The notes: generated from the letters alone by a model not told the origin. A DNA stretch of 64,000 nt from an uncultured virus (IMG/VR IMGVR_UViG_3300032268_000759) (IMGVR_UViG_3300032268_000759:64001-128000); one strand, 5' to 3'; positions 27,280 through 37,293 are shown, counted from the first letter of the stretch. Program-made: numbers and translations.

Positions 27280-30174
27280 ATGCCAAATTGGAAAAAAATT
27301 GTCACTAGTGGCTCAGATGCTGCTCTAAACTCATTAAATGTTACTTCAGGTGTAACAGGTTCATTATTTGGAACAGCCTCATTTGCTACAACAGCATCAT
27401 TTGCCTTAAATGTAGGCGCAACTATAAATACAGGTTCATTTGCAACTACTGGCTCAAACATATTTATAGGTAATCAAACAATATCTGGTTCTCTATCACA
27501 GGGATTAAGTACTTTAGCCTCAGGGAGCTTTTCACATGCAGAAGGATTTCTTACTATAGCTTCAGGGAGTTATTCACATGCTGAAGGATCAGGATCAATA
27601 TCATTTGGAATAGGATCACATGCTGAAGGAGAATTTACTATGGCATCTGGAAGCTACTCACATGCTGAAGGATATTATACATCAGCTTCAGAAGCTTACT
27701 CACATGCTGAAGGATATGGATCAATAGCCTTAGGAGTAGCTTCACATGCTGAAGGAATAGGTACTGCAGCATTAGGAAATGTTTCACACACTGAAGGCAA
27801 TGAGACAACAGCTTCTGGAGATTATTCACACACTGAAGGTAGTAATACAACAACATTAGGATATAGTTCACACGCTGAAGGTTATTTTACATTAGCATTA
27901 GGATCATACTCCCATGCTGAAGGTTATAATACAGTAACATCAGGATCAACTTCCCACGCGGAAGGAAATAGTACACAAGCAATAGGAATTGCTTCACATG
28001 CTGAAGGATGGGTGACACAAGCCGTAGGATCAGGATCACATGCTGAAGGATACTTTACATCAGCATCAGGACCTCATTCACATGCTGAAGGATCAGGATC
28101 AATAGCCTCAGGATTAGCTTCACATGCTGAAGGACTTAATACAGTAGCACAAGGTAATTACCAACATGTTCAAGGCCAATATAATATATCATCATCAGTA
28201 CAATCAGCTTTTATTGTAGGTAATGGAACTGATGATAGCAATAGACGTAATCTTATATATGCTGCAGGTACACAAGTTGAAATAACAGGTTCATTAAATG
28301 TAACTCAAGGCATAACAGGTTCACTATTCGGAACAGCATCATTTGCAACAACAGCATCCTTTGCCTTAAATGCCGGTACAACTATAAATACAAGTTCATT
28401 AGCAACTACAGGCTCAAATTCATTTGTAGGTAACCAAACTATAACAGGTTCATTTACTGTCACTACTGGCTCAAATATTGAACTGCAAGTACTAGACACA
28501 GGTGTTAGATTAGGTAATATTTCAACAGATGCTCATACTATAACAGGTAGTTTAGGAGTAAGTGGTAGTTTAAATATTACTGGATCAGATGCAAATACTT
28601 TACAAGTAAGAGGATCAGGCTCAGCTATAGCATCAAGCGCTATCCAGGCTCGAAATGGAGCAGGTACTACTTTGTTTACTGTTAGAAATGATGGTAAAAC
28701 TGTAGTTGGTTCTAATTCAGGATCAACAGCATCAGGTGTATTAACTATATTTCAAGGAGGATCAAGTTTTGGAAATGGTATTAATTTTCAAACTACAGCA
28801 AATGATGCCAATACATTTGGTATAGGAGCATCAAGTACTAGTACTATTCAAATGGGATTTAATGCTGGTTATTGGAATGTTACTGGGAATCGTTTAGGTA
28901 GTTCATTAGTTAGTCTTGACACTAATGGTTATGGTACATTAGGAACAGGACTATATGGTAGTGGTATTGATATACAAGGTACATACACTAACCCAGGAGG
29001 TGCTGGTTTTGGAAATGGTGGAGGACGAGGTGGTAATTCATTTGTTGATAGTGCAATAGTAACTGTAAATGCTTCATCAACTAACACATTAGCACAATAT
29101 GCTACATTATTTGCTAATCGTACTGTAAATATTACTGGTTCACAATTACCAATTTCTAGTATAGTATTAAATAATACCTATAATCAAACACAAGCTGTAT
29201 CATCAGGCAGTATAATTGGTATTAACCATATGCCTGTTTTAACATCAGCCTATAACTATAGAGCATTTGATTTTGGTAATACAACAGTATACACTCCAAA
29301 TGCAGCTGTAACTAATTATGTTTGGAGTACTATATATTCTAATGTGAGTGCTTCTGTAAATAATCAACAGATTACAGGTTTAGATATTGTACTTAGTGGT
29401 TCAAACTCATCATTTACTGGAGTAAGAAGATCAGCTTTAAGATTAGCTACCCAAAATACAAATGACACAGCATTAACTGCTGTAGGTACTGTTATAATCA
29501 CAGGTTCATTAATTGTTACTGGTGGTATAACAGGAAGTTTATCTGGTTCATCTGGGGGAGGAGCAGCGTTCCCATTCACAGGCTCAGCTGGTATATCAGG
29601 AAGCTTAAGTGTAAATGGACCTATATCAGGTTCATATGTTAGACTATCTGGTTCATTTAATACAGCAGCATCTGGCTCAATATTAACAGTAATAGGTTCA
29701 GGCTCAGCACAACCAATATTTACAGTACAGGGATCTCAAGGTGAACTATTCTCAGTAACAGATAGTTTAACAGGATCTTTATTTAGTGTAAATGATATAT
29801 CAGGTTTGCCAATATTAGAAGTATTCTCTGATAATACCATATTAATGGGTGACTATCAGGATCCGATGTTATTAACTACCAAAAAAGTAACACAAACAAA
29901 CTCAGGATCATTTATAATTTACAGTATACCAACAGCATCATATGATGGAGCATTTATAGAATATACAATAAAATCAGGTTCAAATGCAAGAGCAGGAACT
30001 ATAATGAGTACCTGGGCTGGTTCATCAATTGAATTTACAGAGGTAGATACAATGGATATAGGTAATACAGCAGTAGTAGGATTAACAATGATACTATCAG
30101 GATCAAATGCAGTAATGACAGGTTCATCATCAACTGGATCTTGGACAATTAGAACAATAATAAGAGCAGTATAG
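27280..30174 (+). CDS. Fibre/adhesin protein with YadA-head-like SHAEG repeats
   Basis: 15 tandem 14-aa SH[AT]EG repeats, AFIVGNG neck-like motif, many TGS/SGS fibre repeats. Confidence 0.8.
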   Translation: MPNWKKIVTSGSDAALNSLNVTSGVTGSLFGTASFATTASFALNVGATINTGSFATTGSNIFIGNQTISGSLSQGLSTLASGSFSHAEGFLTIASGSYSHAEGSGSISFGIGSHAEGEFTMASGSYSHAEGYYTSASEAYSHAEGYGSIALGVASHAEGIGTAALGNVSHTEGNETTASGDYSHTEGSNTTTLGYSSHAEGYFTLALGSYSHAEGYNTVTSGSTSHAEGNSTQAIGIASHAEGWVTQAVGSGSHAEGYFTSASGPHSHAEGSGSIASGLASHAEGLNTVAQGNYQHVQGQYNISSSVQSAFIVGNGTDDSNRRNLIYAAGTQVEITGSLNVTQGITGSLFGTASFATTASFALNAGTTINTSSLATTGSNSFVGNQTITGSFTVTTGSNIELQVLDTGVRLGNISTDAHTITGSLGVSGSLNITGSDANTLQVRGSGSAIASSAIQARNGAGTTLFTVRNDGKTVVGSNSGSTASGVLTIFQGGSSFGNGINFQTTANDANTFGIGASSTSTIQMGFNAGYWNVTGNRLGSSLVSLDTNGYGTLGTGLYGSGIDIQGTYTNPGGAGFGNGGGRGGNSFVDSAIVTVNASSTNTLAQYATLFANRTVNITGSQLPISSIVLNNTYNQTQAVSSGSIIGINHMPVLTSAYNYRAFDFGNTTVYTPNAAVTNYVWSTIYSNVSASVNNQQITGLDIVLSGSNSSFTGVRRSALRLATQNTNDTALTAVGTVIITGSLIVTGGITGSLSGSSGGGAAFPFTGSAGISGSLSVNGPISGSYVRLSGSFNTAASGSILTVIGSGSAQPIFTVQGSQGELFSVTDSLTGSLFSVNDISGLPILEVFSDNTILMGDYQDPMLLTTKKVTQTNSGSFIIYSIPTASYDGAFIEYTIKSGSNARAGTIMSTWAGSSIEFTEVDTMDIGNTAVVGLTMILSGSNAVMTGSSSTGSWTIRTIIRAV
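27331..28452 (+). repeat. 162-bp imperfect direct repeats flanking the SHAEG block
   Basis: 27331-27492 versus 28291-28452, both encoding SLNVTxGxTGSLFGTASFATTASFALN...GNQTIxGS. Confidence 0.9.
27532..28161 (+). repeat. Coding tandem repeat, 42-bp period, 15 copies
   Basis: TCACATGCTGAAGG-like core every 42 bp from 27532 to 28120. Confidence 0.92.
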
Positions 30175-30176
30175 TT

Positions 30177-30836
30177 ATGGCATTTAATTACTCACCAAAA
30201 ATAGTAACAAATGGATTAGTATTCTATTTAGATGCTGCTAACACTAAAAGTTATGTTAGTGGAAGTACTACTTGGATTAATATCTCACAAATAAATAATA
30301 ATAACGGAACACTAACTAATGGACCTACATTTAACACAGGAAGTGGAGGCAGCATAGTATTTGATGGAGTTGATGACTCAGTTGTAAGTACTAATAACAT
30401 TAATATAACAGGCTCAGCAGCTAGAACTATAAATATTTGGTTTAGAAGTACAGGTACAATATCAACACGTCAGGCATTAGCCTATTTTGGTTCAGAAGCA
30501 GCAAGTGGTAGATCATACATAGAAATAGAATCTAGTCAGTTTAAATTTAATACAGGAGCTGTTGCTCTTGGTGGAGCTGTTGTTGCAAATGTATGGTATA
30601 ATGGAGCTGTTACTTTTGGTGGAAGTATACTAACAGTATATATTAATGGTATACAAGTTAATACATCTACTCCTACTGTAAATACAGGTACTGGTAGTTT
30701 AATTTTAGGTAGATTTGTCACAAATGTATTTCCATTAACAGGAAATATAGCTCAATATTCACTATATGACAGAGCATTATCTGCTCAAGAAATTCTACGA
30801 AATTACGAAGCAACTAAAACAAGATTCGGACTATAA
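30177..30836 (+). CDS. LamG/concanavalin A-like lectin domain protein
   Basis: GLVFYLDAAN...FDGVDD...WYNGAVT...YDRALSAQEI. Confidence 0.85.
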   Translation: MAFNYSPKIVTNGLVFYLDAANTKSYVSGSTTWINISQINNNNGTLTNGPTFNTGSGGSIVFDGVDDSVVSTNNINITGSAARTINIWFRSTGTISTRQALAYFGSEAASGRSYIEIESSQFKFNTGAVALGGAVVANVWYNGAVTFGGSILTVYINGIQVNTSTPTVNTGTGSLILGRFVTNVFPLTGNIAQYSLYDRALSAQEILRNYEATKTRFGL

Positions 30837-30840
30837 AATT

Positions 30841-31500
30841 ATGGCAGGAAATGTAGCACCAAATACAGTAACAGATGGCTTAGTATTCTACTTAGATGCT
30901 GCTAATAATAAATCATACATTAGTGGAAGTAGTACTTGGACTGACATTAGTGAATTTCAAAGAAATGGAACTTTAACCAATGGACCTACCTTCAATACAC
31001 AAAGTGGAGGAAATATTGTGTTTGATGGTGTAGATGATTATGTTACTTTTTCAACAATAACAAATACTGTTTATACTATTGAATTTTGGTATAAGATGTT
31101 TGGTAATGATGGAACTTATGGTTATTTTGCTTCAAGTGGTAATAATGGATTAGCAATAGGAGAAGGTGGAGCTGGCGTTGGATTTGGACAATTTTATTAT
31201 TGGAATGGTACAGCTTCTGTTCTTTTAGCAACAATTCCGTCTACTACAAATTGGAATCATATATGTGCTTTAATTAATACAACCACAAATAATATACAAA
31301 TATTTGGTAACGGAAATCAACTAAGTACTTCAACTCAAACTAGCATGTCAACATCTGTTTCAAATATAGGAAGATTTATTTTTTCAAACTTAAATTTTCT
31401 TAGAGGTAATTTAGCTGTATATAGAATATATAATCGTGTGCTTACAACAACAGAAATAACACAAAACTATAACGCAACAAAAGGAAGATATGGACTATAA
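30841..31500 (+). CDS. LamG/concanavalin A-like lectin domain protein
   Basis: Start moved to ATG 30841; same conserved termini as 30177. Confidence 0.85.
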   Translation: MAGNVAPNTVTDGLVFYLDAANNKSYISGSSTWTDISEFQRNGTLTNGPTFNTQSGGNIVFDGVDDYVTFSTITNTVYTIEFWYKMFGNDGTYGYFASSGNNGLAIGEGGAGVGFGQFYYWNGTASVLLATIPSTTNWNHICALINTTTNNIQIFGNGNQLSTSTQTSMSTSVSNIGRFIFSNLNFLRGNLAVYRIYNRVLTTTEITQNYNATKGRYGL

Positions 31501-31753
31501 TAATAGAAATTTTATGATATTTAGTGTAACAGAGTTACCTAATATCGATTTTACTCAAGTATGCGAAACATCAATCGATACAGTAAGAAAATCAGTTGAT
31601 GGAACAAAAACATTTGTTAAATGGGATGGAGAAATTATTCCATCAAGTGTAGAAAGTCTTACAACAAAAGAAGGATCTTATAACTATGAGGAAATAGTAG
31701 TAATATTAGCTACAGAGGAATGGACTGATCCTAATATATTAGTGGGAATATAG
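31490..31753 (+). CDS. Hypothetical protein within the lectin cluster
   Basis: 87-aa ORF; RKSVDGTKTFVKW. Confidence 0.65.
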   Translation: MDYNNRNFMIFSVTELPNIDFTQVCETSIDTVRKSVDGTKTFVKWDGEIIPSSVESLTTKEGSYNYEEIVVILATEEWTDPNILVGI

Positions 31754-31754
31754 T

Positions 31755-32462
31755 ATGAGTACTGTAGGAAATTGGAGAGGGCCAGATATAGTTAAAGATG
31801 GATTAGTATTCTATTTAGATGCTGGTTCACCAAATTCTTATTTTGATAAGAGTAGTGCTATTATTAATGATATTAGTGGAAATGGAACTAATGGAACTTT
31901 AACTAACGGACCTACATTTAATACTGGAAATGGAGGTAGTATAGTATTTGATGGTACAAATGATACCATAATAATGCCAACAACAGTAGTAAATTCTACA
32001 TTTCCTGGGCTAACAGTAGAATGTTGGGTATATCCAACAAATGCTGGTATTGGAATGATAATGGAAAATGGTACAAGTTATAATACTAACAGTTTTTACA
32101 TAGCTCAAGAAAATACAACTCAATTTTCGTTTGAAATAGCAAGTAGCACAGTAGCATATGACAGCGTACTTAGCAGTATTTCATATTCAATAAATACTTG
32201 GTACCATTTAGTAGGTACATGGACTCCGGGTTCTAATGTTAACATGTACATGAATAGTACATTACGGAATGGTACCCGAATAACCACAGGAGTTCAAACT
32301 GTATTATTAAATGGAAATACTAATTTATATATCGGAATTAGACCACCTTCCTCACTACCTTATAAGGGAAATGTAGGTATAACAAGAATATATAATAAAG
32401 CACTTTCGGCTACCGAAGTACTACAAAACTATAATGCATCAAGAGCAAGATTCGGTCTTTAA
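31755..32462 (+). CDS. LamG/concanavalin A-like lectin domain protein
   Basis: GLVFYLDAG...WYHLVGTW...YNKALSATEV. Confidence 0.85.
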   Translation: MSTVGNWRGPDIVKDGLVFYLDAGSPNSYFDKSSAIINDISGNGTNGTLTNGPTFNTGNGGSIVFDGTNDTIIMPTTVVNSTFPGLTVECWVYPTNAGIGMIMENGTSYNTNSFYIAQENTTQFSFEIASSTVAYDSVLSSISYSINTWYHLVGTWTPGSNVNMYMNSTLRNGTRITTGVQTVLLNGNTNLYIGIRPPSSLPYKGNVGITRIYNKALSATEVLQNYNASRARFGL

Positions 32463-32501
32463 CTAATATTTATAATAAACCTGGATAGTGAAAGGAAAAT
32501 A

Positions 32502-33218
32502 ATGACAAAAATAGGATACATATACAAAATAACCAGTCCTACTGGTAAAATTTATATTGGGCAAACAACTCGTCTTAATGATAGAATTTCTAAATATAGA
32601 ACATGTAGTTATATTGAAGAACAGAGAATACTTTATAATTCTATAAAAAAACATAGTTGGGATAATCATAATTTCGAAATACTAACAGAAGCACCTCAAG
32701 ACACATTATCTGAATTAGAAATCAAATATATTAAAGAATATAACAGTTTTCATTATGAAAATCCTAATGGAATGAACTTGACTCGAGGTGGAGAAGGAAG
32801 TTTAGGCAGAAAAGACACCCCAGAAACTATACAAAAAAGAATTAATAGTATAAAAGGATCTAAACGCACAGAAGAGACTAAAAGATTAATGAGTTCTTTA
32901 AAAAAAGGAAAACCATCTAACAGTAAAGGAGTTCCATGTTCTGAACAAAGAAAACAAAAAATAGGACAAGCAAACAAAGGAAGAATTCGTGATAAATCAA
33001 TTATAGAAAAGACAAACCAAACTAAACTATTGAATCTTGTCAAAAAGCATGAATGTATACTACAAATAGATAAAACAACTAATGAAGTAATAAAAGAGTG
33101 GGTGATGTTACCTAGATTTATAGGCCAATATTTAGGAGTGTGTGATTCCAACATTATTAAATGTTTAAACAACAAAAAACAACATACTGCTGGATGTATA
33201 TGGAGGTATAAAAAATGA
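32502..33218 (+). mobile_element. Free-standing GIY-YIG homing endonuclease with NUMOD3/NUMOD1-like DNA-binding repeats
   Basis: GYIYKITSPTGKIYIGQT, R..Y, E..YI, NLTRGGEG, basic repeats, C-terminal GCIWRY. Confidence 0.88.
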
Positions 33219-34495
33219 ACGAATTCAAAGTAAGAAATGGTCTCATAGTAGACTCAGGAGTATCTGTTATAAGCGGATCTCTAATTGTATTAGGAGGAAT
33301 AACTGGAAGTTTATCTGGTTCAGGTGGTGCAGGTAGCCCAGCATTTCCATTTACAGGCTCAGCAGGTATAACTGGAAGTTTAAATGTAGTTGGTAATACT
33401 ACAATTACAGGCTCAGCTACAAATGCATTTAGTTTAAAAGGATCAGGAGCAACATCAGCTACAAATACTATGCGAGTGGTAAATAGTGCTGGAACTCCTG
33501 TAATGATTATACGTGATGATTTAACAGTAGGAGCCCAAAGTATAGTAATGCCAGGCTCTGTTTTAACACAATATCCTATTGTATCTGCTAGTAATTCAGT
33601 ATTTGCTATGGGAGATACAACCACAGAGGCCTTAGGTTTAAATTCTGTAGCATTAGGTGGAGGAAGTAAAGCTCGAGCTCCATATAGTATAGCTGTAGGT
33701 CTTAATAGTAAAGCATATGGAACTTCTTCAGTTTCAATGGGTAATAATAATGAAGCATCAGCATCATACTCTACAGCATTTGGAGATAGTAACACAGCAA
33801 AAGGTTTATATTCATTTTCAGTAGGTTCAGGCAATAGATCATCTGGATCTTACTCAGTTACTATGGGAGGTGCAAATTTTGCTGATGGAGTACGTAGTGT
33901 AGGTATTGGTGAAAGTAATGTAACACCAGGTTCACGAGCAATGGCTTTTGGATTATCTAATACTGTACTTGGGAGTCAAGATGTTGTTATTGGAGGAAAT
34001 AATTGGTCAAATGGAGGTTTAACAACACTTTTAGGACAAAATCTATCAGGATCAGCATCTGAACAAGTTGTAGTAGGTAGATGGAATAGATCATCAGCTA
34101 CAGCAATATTTGCAATTGGTAATGGTACCAACTCATCAATAAGACGAAGTATTGTTGAAGTTATAGGAAACACATTTAACATAACAGGTTCATTTACTGT
34201 TAGCACAGGCTCAGCTGTTGAATTTCAAGTACTACCTACAGGTACCATATTAGGTAACATTATTACTGATACACATAATGTGACAGGTAGTTTTAGTATA
34301 AGTGGTTCTTTAACAACACAAGCTGCTGTAACAATCAATAATCAAGGTGCGGGAAACCCAGCTAGTGGTACAACTGGTGGTGGTAGTCCTACAAATTATT
34401 ATGGTAATGGTGGAACAAACTATTTATCTGATCCAACTGTATGGTTAAAAATTAATTTAGATGGTACAGATTATTTTTTCCCAGGATACGCATAA
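33215..34495 (+). CDS. Fibre/adhesin protein with YadA-head-like repeats
   Basis: 14-aa S[VI]A[LVM]G-type repeats, FAIGNG motif; linkers shared with 27280. Confidence 0.75.
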   Translation: MNEFKVRNGLIVDSGVSVISGSLIVLGGITGSLSGSGGAGSPAFPFTGSAGITGSLNVVGNTTITGSATNAFSLKGSGATSATNTMRVVNSAGTPVMIIRDDLTVGAQSIVMPGSVLTQYPIVSASNSVFAMGDTTTEALGLNSVALGGGSKARAPYSIAVGLNSKAYGTSSVSMGNNNEASASYSTAFGDSNTAKGLYSFSVGSGNRSSGSYSVTMGGANFADGVRSVGIGESNVTPGSRAMAFGLSNTVLGSQDVVIGGNNWSNGGLTTLLGQNLSGSASEQVVVGRWNRSSATAIFAIGNGTNSSIRRSIVEVIGNTFNITGSFTVSTGSAVEFQVLPTGTILGNIITDTHNVTGSFSISGSLTTQAAVTINNQGAGNPASGTTGGGSPTNYYGNGGTNYLSDPTVWLKINLDGTDYFFPGYA

Positions 34496-34620
34496 TGATT
34501 AAATCAACACCCGAATTAGAAGCAAAAATAAAAGCTAGTAGTATTCCTGTTATAGAAATAACTCTAGAACAGCTACAAACAGCTCAAATAACAAAAGAAA
34601 AACCAAATATTTATACATAA
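34495..34620 (+). CDS. Small hypothetical protein (41 aa, not in ORF track)
   Basis: TAATG overlap; MIKSTPELEAKIKASSIPVIEITLEQLQTAQITKEKPNIYT fills the gap. Confidence 0.5.
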   Translation: MIKSTPELEAKIKASSIPVIEITLEQLQTAQITKEKPNIYT

Positions 34621-34624
34621 AACA

Positions 34625-34942
34625 ATGGCAATACAAGTAACAGGTAGTCTACAAGTAGGTTTAGCATACTACAAAGACCCAATTATTGAATTAATACCTC
34701 ATTTAACATATAGAGGTAGTATAACAATGGATGCGAACATATGTGCTCCATCTATTAATCCTGAAACATCAAGTAGTTATTACACTCAAGCAAGTACTAT
34801 ACCTTACTATCCTCAAACGTCAGAACTACAGTATCCTGTTATACCTGTAGATCCATATAGTGATTTAATTTATGCTTTAGAAATGTATGTTATTGAAGAT
34901 TTACAAGTGAATAACTCAGGATCTATATTTAATATATTTTAA
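34625..34942 (+). CDS. Hypothetical protein (fibre-associated)
   Basis: ORF after a late motif. Confidence 0.6.
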   Translation: MAIQVTGSLQVGLAYYKDPIIELIPHLTYRGSITMDANICAPSINPETSSSYYTQASTIPYYPQTSELQYPVIPVDPYSDLIYALEMYVIEDLQVNNSGSIFNIF

Positions 34943-34978
34943 TTTGGATATTTAAAAAAATAATATTATAATATTAAT

Positions 34979-35239
34979 ATGAAAAAAATACAACCAATAC
35001 AAATATGGGTAAATGGTTCATTACAAACAGCTACAATGCTTAATTTAAGTATTTCATTTGATGATCTTCTTACATCATGTACTTTCTTTTATCAATTAGT
35101 AGAAGAAAATACTAATGTTAGTATAGGATATGGAAATTTAATAATGGAAGGAGAAGATTATTTAAATTGGGATGATTCAAATGATGCAGCTTACACATAT
35201 GCAATGACCAAACTAAATTTAACTCCTGCTGATATTTAA
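34979..35239 (+). CDS. Hypothetical protein (fibre-associated)
   Basis: ORF preceded by TTTG-N20-TATAATAT. Confidence 0.6.
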   Translation: MKKIQPIQIWVNGSLQTATMLNLSISFDDLLTSCTFFYQLVEENTNVSIGYGNLIMEGEDYLNWDDSNDAAYTYAMTKLNLTPADI

Positions 35240-35271
35240 TTTGGAGATTCAAAAAAACAATATTATATTAA
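35240..35271 (+). promoter_or_regulatory. Bacteroidota-type promoter
   Basis: TTTG-N20-TATATTAA. Confidence 0.6.
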
Positions 35272-35275
35272 AGAT

Positions 35276-35527
35276 ATGGAAAAAATACTTTTAACACAAG
35301 AAGAAATTGATTTATTAAAATCAATTCAAGAACAAAATAGTCAATTGATAGCTAATTTTGGTCAATTAGAAATAACTATTCAAAGTTTGGAACTACAAAA
35401 AGAACAGTTAATTGAAACATTATCAGCTCTTAAAACTAAAGAAGCTAGTATAGGTGAAACACTCCAAACTAAATATGGTAATGGCAACATTAATGTTGAA
35501 ACTGGAGAATTTACTAAAGTAAATTAA
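35276..35527 (+). CDS. Small coiled-coil protein (possible chaperone)
   Basis: Heptad pattern ending KYGNGNINVETGEF. Confidence 0.6.
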   Translation: MEKILLTQEEIDLLKSIQEQNSQLIANFGQLEITIQSLELQKEQLIETLSALKTKEASIGETLQTKYGNGNINVETGEFTKVN

Positions 35528-35586
35528 TTTTTGAGAAAAGCTTAGATATTTATTGACAACAATCAATAAAATTAATCTAAGCAAAT

Positions 35587-37293
35587 ATGGCAGAAGTATT
35601 ATTATCGCCTGGTGTTTTACAAAGAGAAAACGATAGTTCTCAGGTAACCCAAGGCCCAGTAACAGTAGGAGCAGCAATTATTGGACCAACAGTAAAAGGA
35701 CCTGTTGAAATTCCAACATATGTTACTTCATACAGTGACTATGTAAATAAATTTGGATCAACATTTGTAAGCGGCGGGAATGTATATTCTTATTTTACAT
35801 CTATAGCTGCTTACAATTATTTCCAAAATGGTGGTGCATCATTATTAGTAGCAAGAGTAGTAAGTGCTTCATCTACTTGGGCATCAGCAACAAGTACAGC
35901 TATTTCAGCAAGTACAAGTGCAACAGCATTTACTTTAGAAACTCTTTCTAAAGGTACAATTATGAACAGTTCAAGTTCAATAGATGCAAGTGGATCTTTA
36001 TTAAGTGGTTCAACTGATAATGTTAGATGGCAAATTGTATCTCCAAATACAAGTTCAGGAACATTTGGTTTATTAGTTAGACAAGGTAATGATAATACAA
36101 ACAATCCAATCATATTGGAAACTTGGACTAACTTATCATTAGATCCTAAAGCTCCTAATTATATATCTAATGTAATTGGTGATTACACATTTAATTACAA
36201 TGCTACAAATAATCAAATTGAATTATCAGGTTCATATCCTAATGCTTCAAGATATCTTAGAGTAAAATCAGTAGCATTAACTACTCCAGATTATTTTGAT
36301 AATACAGGTACTCCAAAATCACAATTTACAGGTTCAATTCCAGTAGCTGCAAGTGGTTCATTTACAGGTGCTACTGATACACAAAAAGGTGGAGCTGCAT
36401 TTTATGATGCAATCACAACTTCAGGTAACACACAAGGTTTAGATGGTGGTAGTTATACAAACATGATCAATCTATTATCTAATCAAGATGATTATAGATT
36501 TAATATTTTATTAACACCAGGTTTATTCAATTCATTACATGCAGATGCTGTATCAAATGTTATTACAAGTACTCAAGGTAGAGGTGATAATATTTTTGTA
36601 TTAGATTTAGTACCTTATGGTTCATCAATTACATCAATTACATCACAAGCTGCTTCACGTAATACTTCATATGCTGCTTCATACTGGCCATGGGGTCAAA
36701 TATTAGATCCAGGTACAGGTAAAAATGTTTGGGTTCCAGCTTCAACTGTAATTGCAGGTGTTTACGCTTACAATGATAGAGTAGCTGAGCCTTGGTTTGC
36801 ACCAGCAGGTATTAATCGTGGTGGATTAGGTAATGTAATTCGTGTAGAACAAAAATTATCTCAAGCTAATCGTGATACATTGTATCAAGCAAAAGTTAAT
36901 CCATTAGCAACATTCCCAGGTACTGGAGTTGTAGTATATGGTAACAAAACATTACAAACTCAAGCATCAGCTTTAGATCGTGTAAATGTTCGTAGATTAT
37001 TAATTTCACTAAAAGGATATATTGGTCAAGTAGCAAACACATTAGTATTTGAACAAAATACAACTGCTACAAGAAATCAGTTCTTAGCTCAAGTAAATCC
37101 ATACTTAGAATCAGTTCAACAAAGACAAGGTTTATTTGCATTTAGAGTAGTGATGGATGATTCAAATAATACTCCTGATGTAATAGATAGAAATCAATTA
37201 GTAGGTGCTATTTATTTACAACCAACTAAAACTGCTGAATACATTTACTTAGACTTTAACATTACTCCAACTGGTGCTACTTTCCCTGGATAA
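35587..37293 (+). CDS. Tail sheath protein
   Basis: SPGV..RE.D, GPTVKGP, PWFAPAGINRG, GNKTL, RVNVRRLL, FEQN, QPTKTAEYI. Confidence 0.95.
   Translation: MAEVLLSPGVLQRENDSSQVTQGPVTVGAAIIGPTVKGPVEIPTYVTSYSDYVNKFGSTFVSGGNVYSYFTSIAAYNYFQNGGASLLVARVVSASSTWASATSTAISASTSATAFTLETLSKGTIMNSSSSIDASGSLLSGSTDNVRWQIVSPNTSSGTFGLLVRQGNDNTNNPIILETWTNLSLDPKAPNYISNVIGDYTFNYNATNNQIELSGSYPNASRYLRVKSVALTTPDYFDNTGTPKSQFTGSIPVAASGSFTGATDTQKGGAAFYDAITTSGNTQGLDGGSYTNMINLLSNQDDYRFNILLTPGLFNSLHADAVSNVITSTQGRGDNIFVLDLVPYGSSITSITSQAASRNTSYAASYWPWGQILDPGTGKNVWVPASTVIAGVYAYNDRVAEPWFAPAGINRGGLGNVIRVEQKLSQANRDTLYQAKVNPLATFPGTGVVVYGNKTLQTQASALDRVNVRRLLISLKGYIGQVANTLVFEQNTTATRNQFLAQVNPYLESVQQRQGLFAFRVVMDDSNNTPDVIDRNQLVGAIYLQPTKTAEYIYLDFNITPTGATFPG

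Noticed and set aside
27532-28161. Regularly spaced repeat resembling a CRISPR array
   Set aside because: 42-bp in-frame period with synonymous variation encodes SHAEG protein repeats; no cas genes or invariant repeat
27331-32462. Possible diversity-generating retroelement template/variable repeats among fibre and lectin genes
   Set aside because: Differences are mostly synonymous and not adenine-specific, both copies are coding, and no reverse transcriptase is in the window
32463-33218. Group I intron around either GIY-YIG gene (also 51886-52612)
   Set aside because: Flanks are only about 30-40 nt, too short for a ribozyme core, and neighbouring genes are intact
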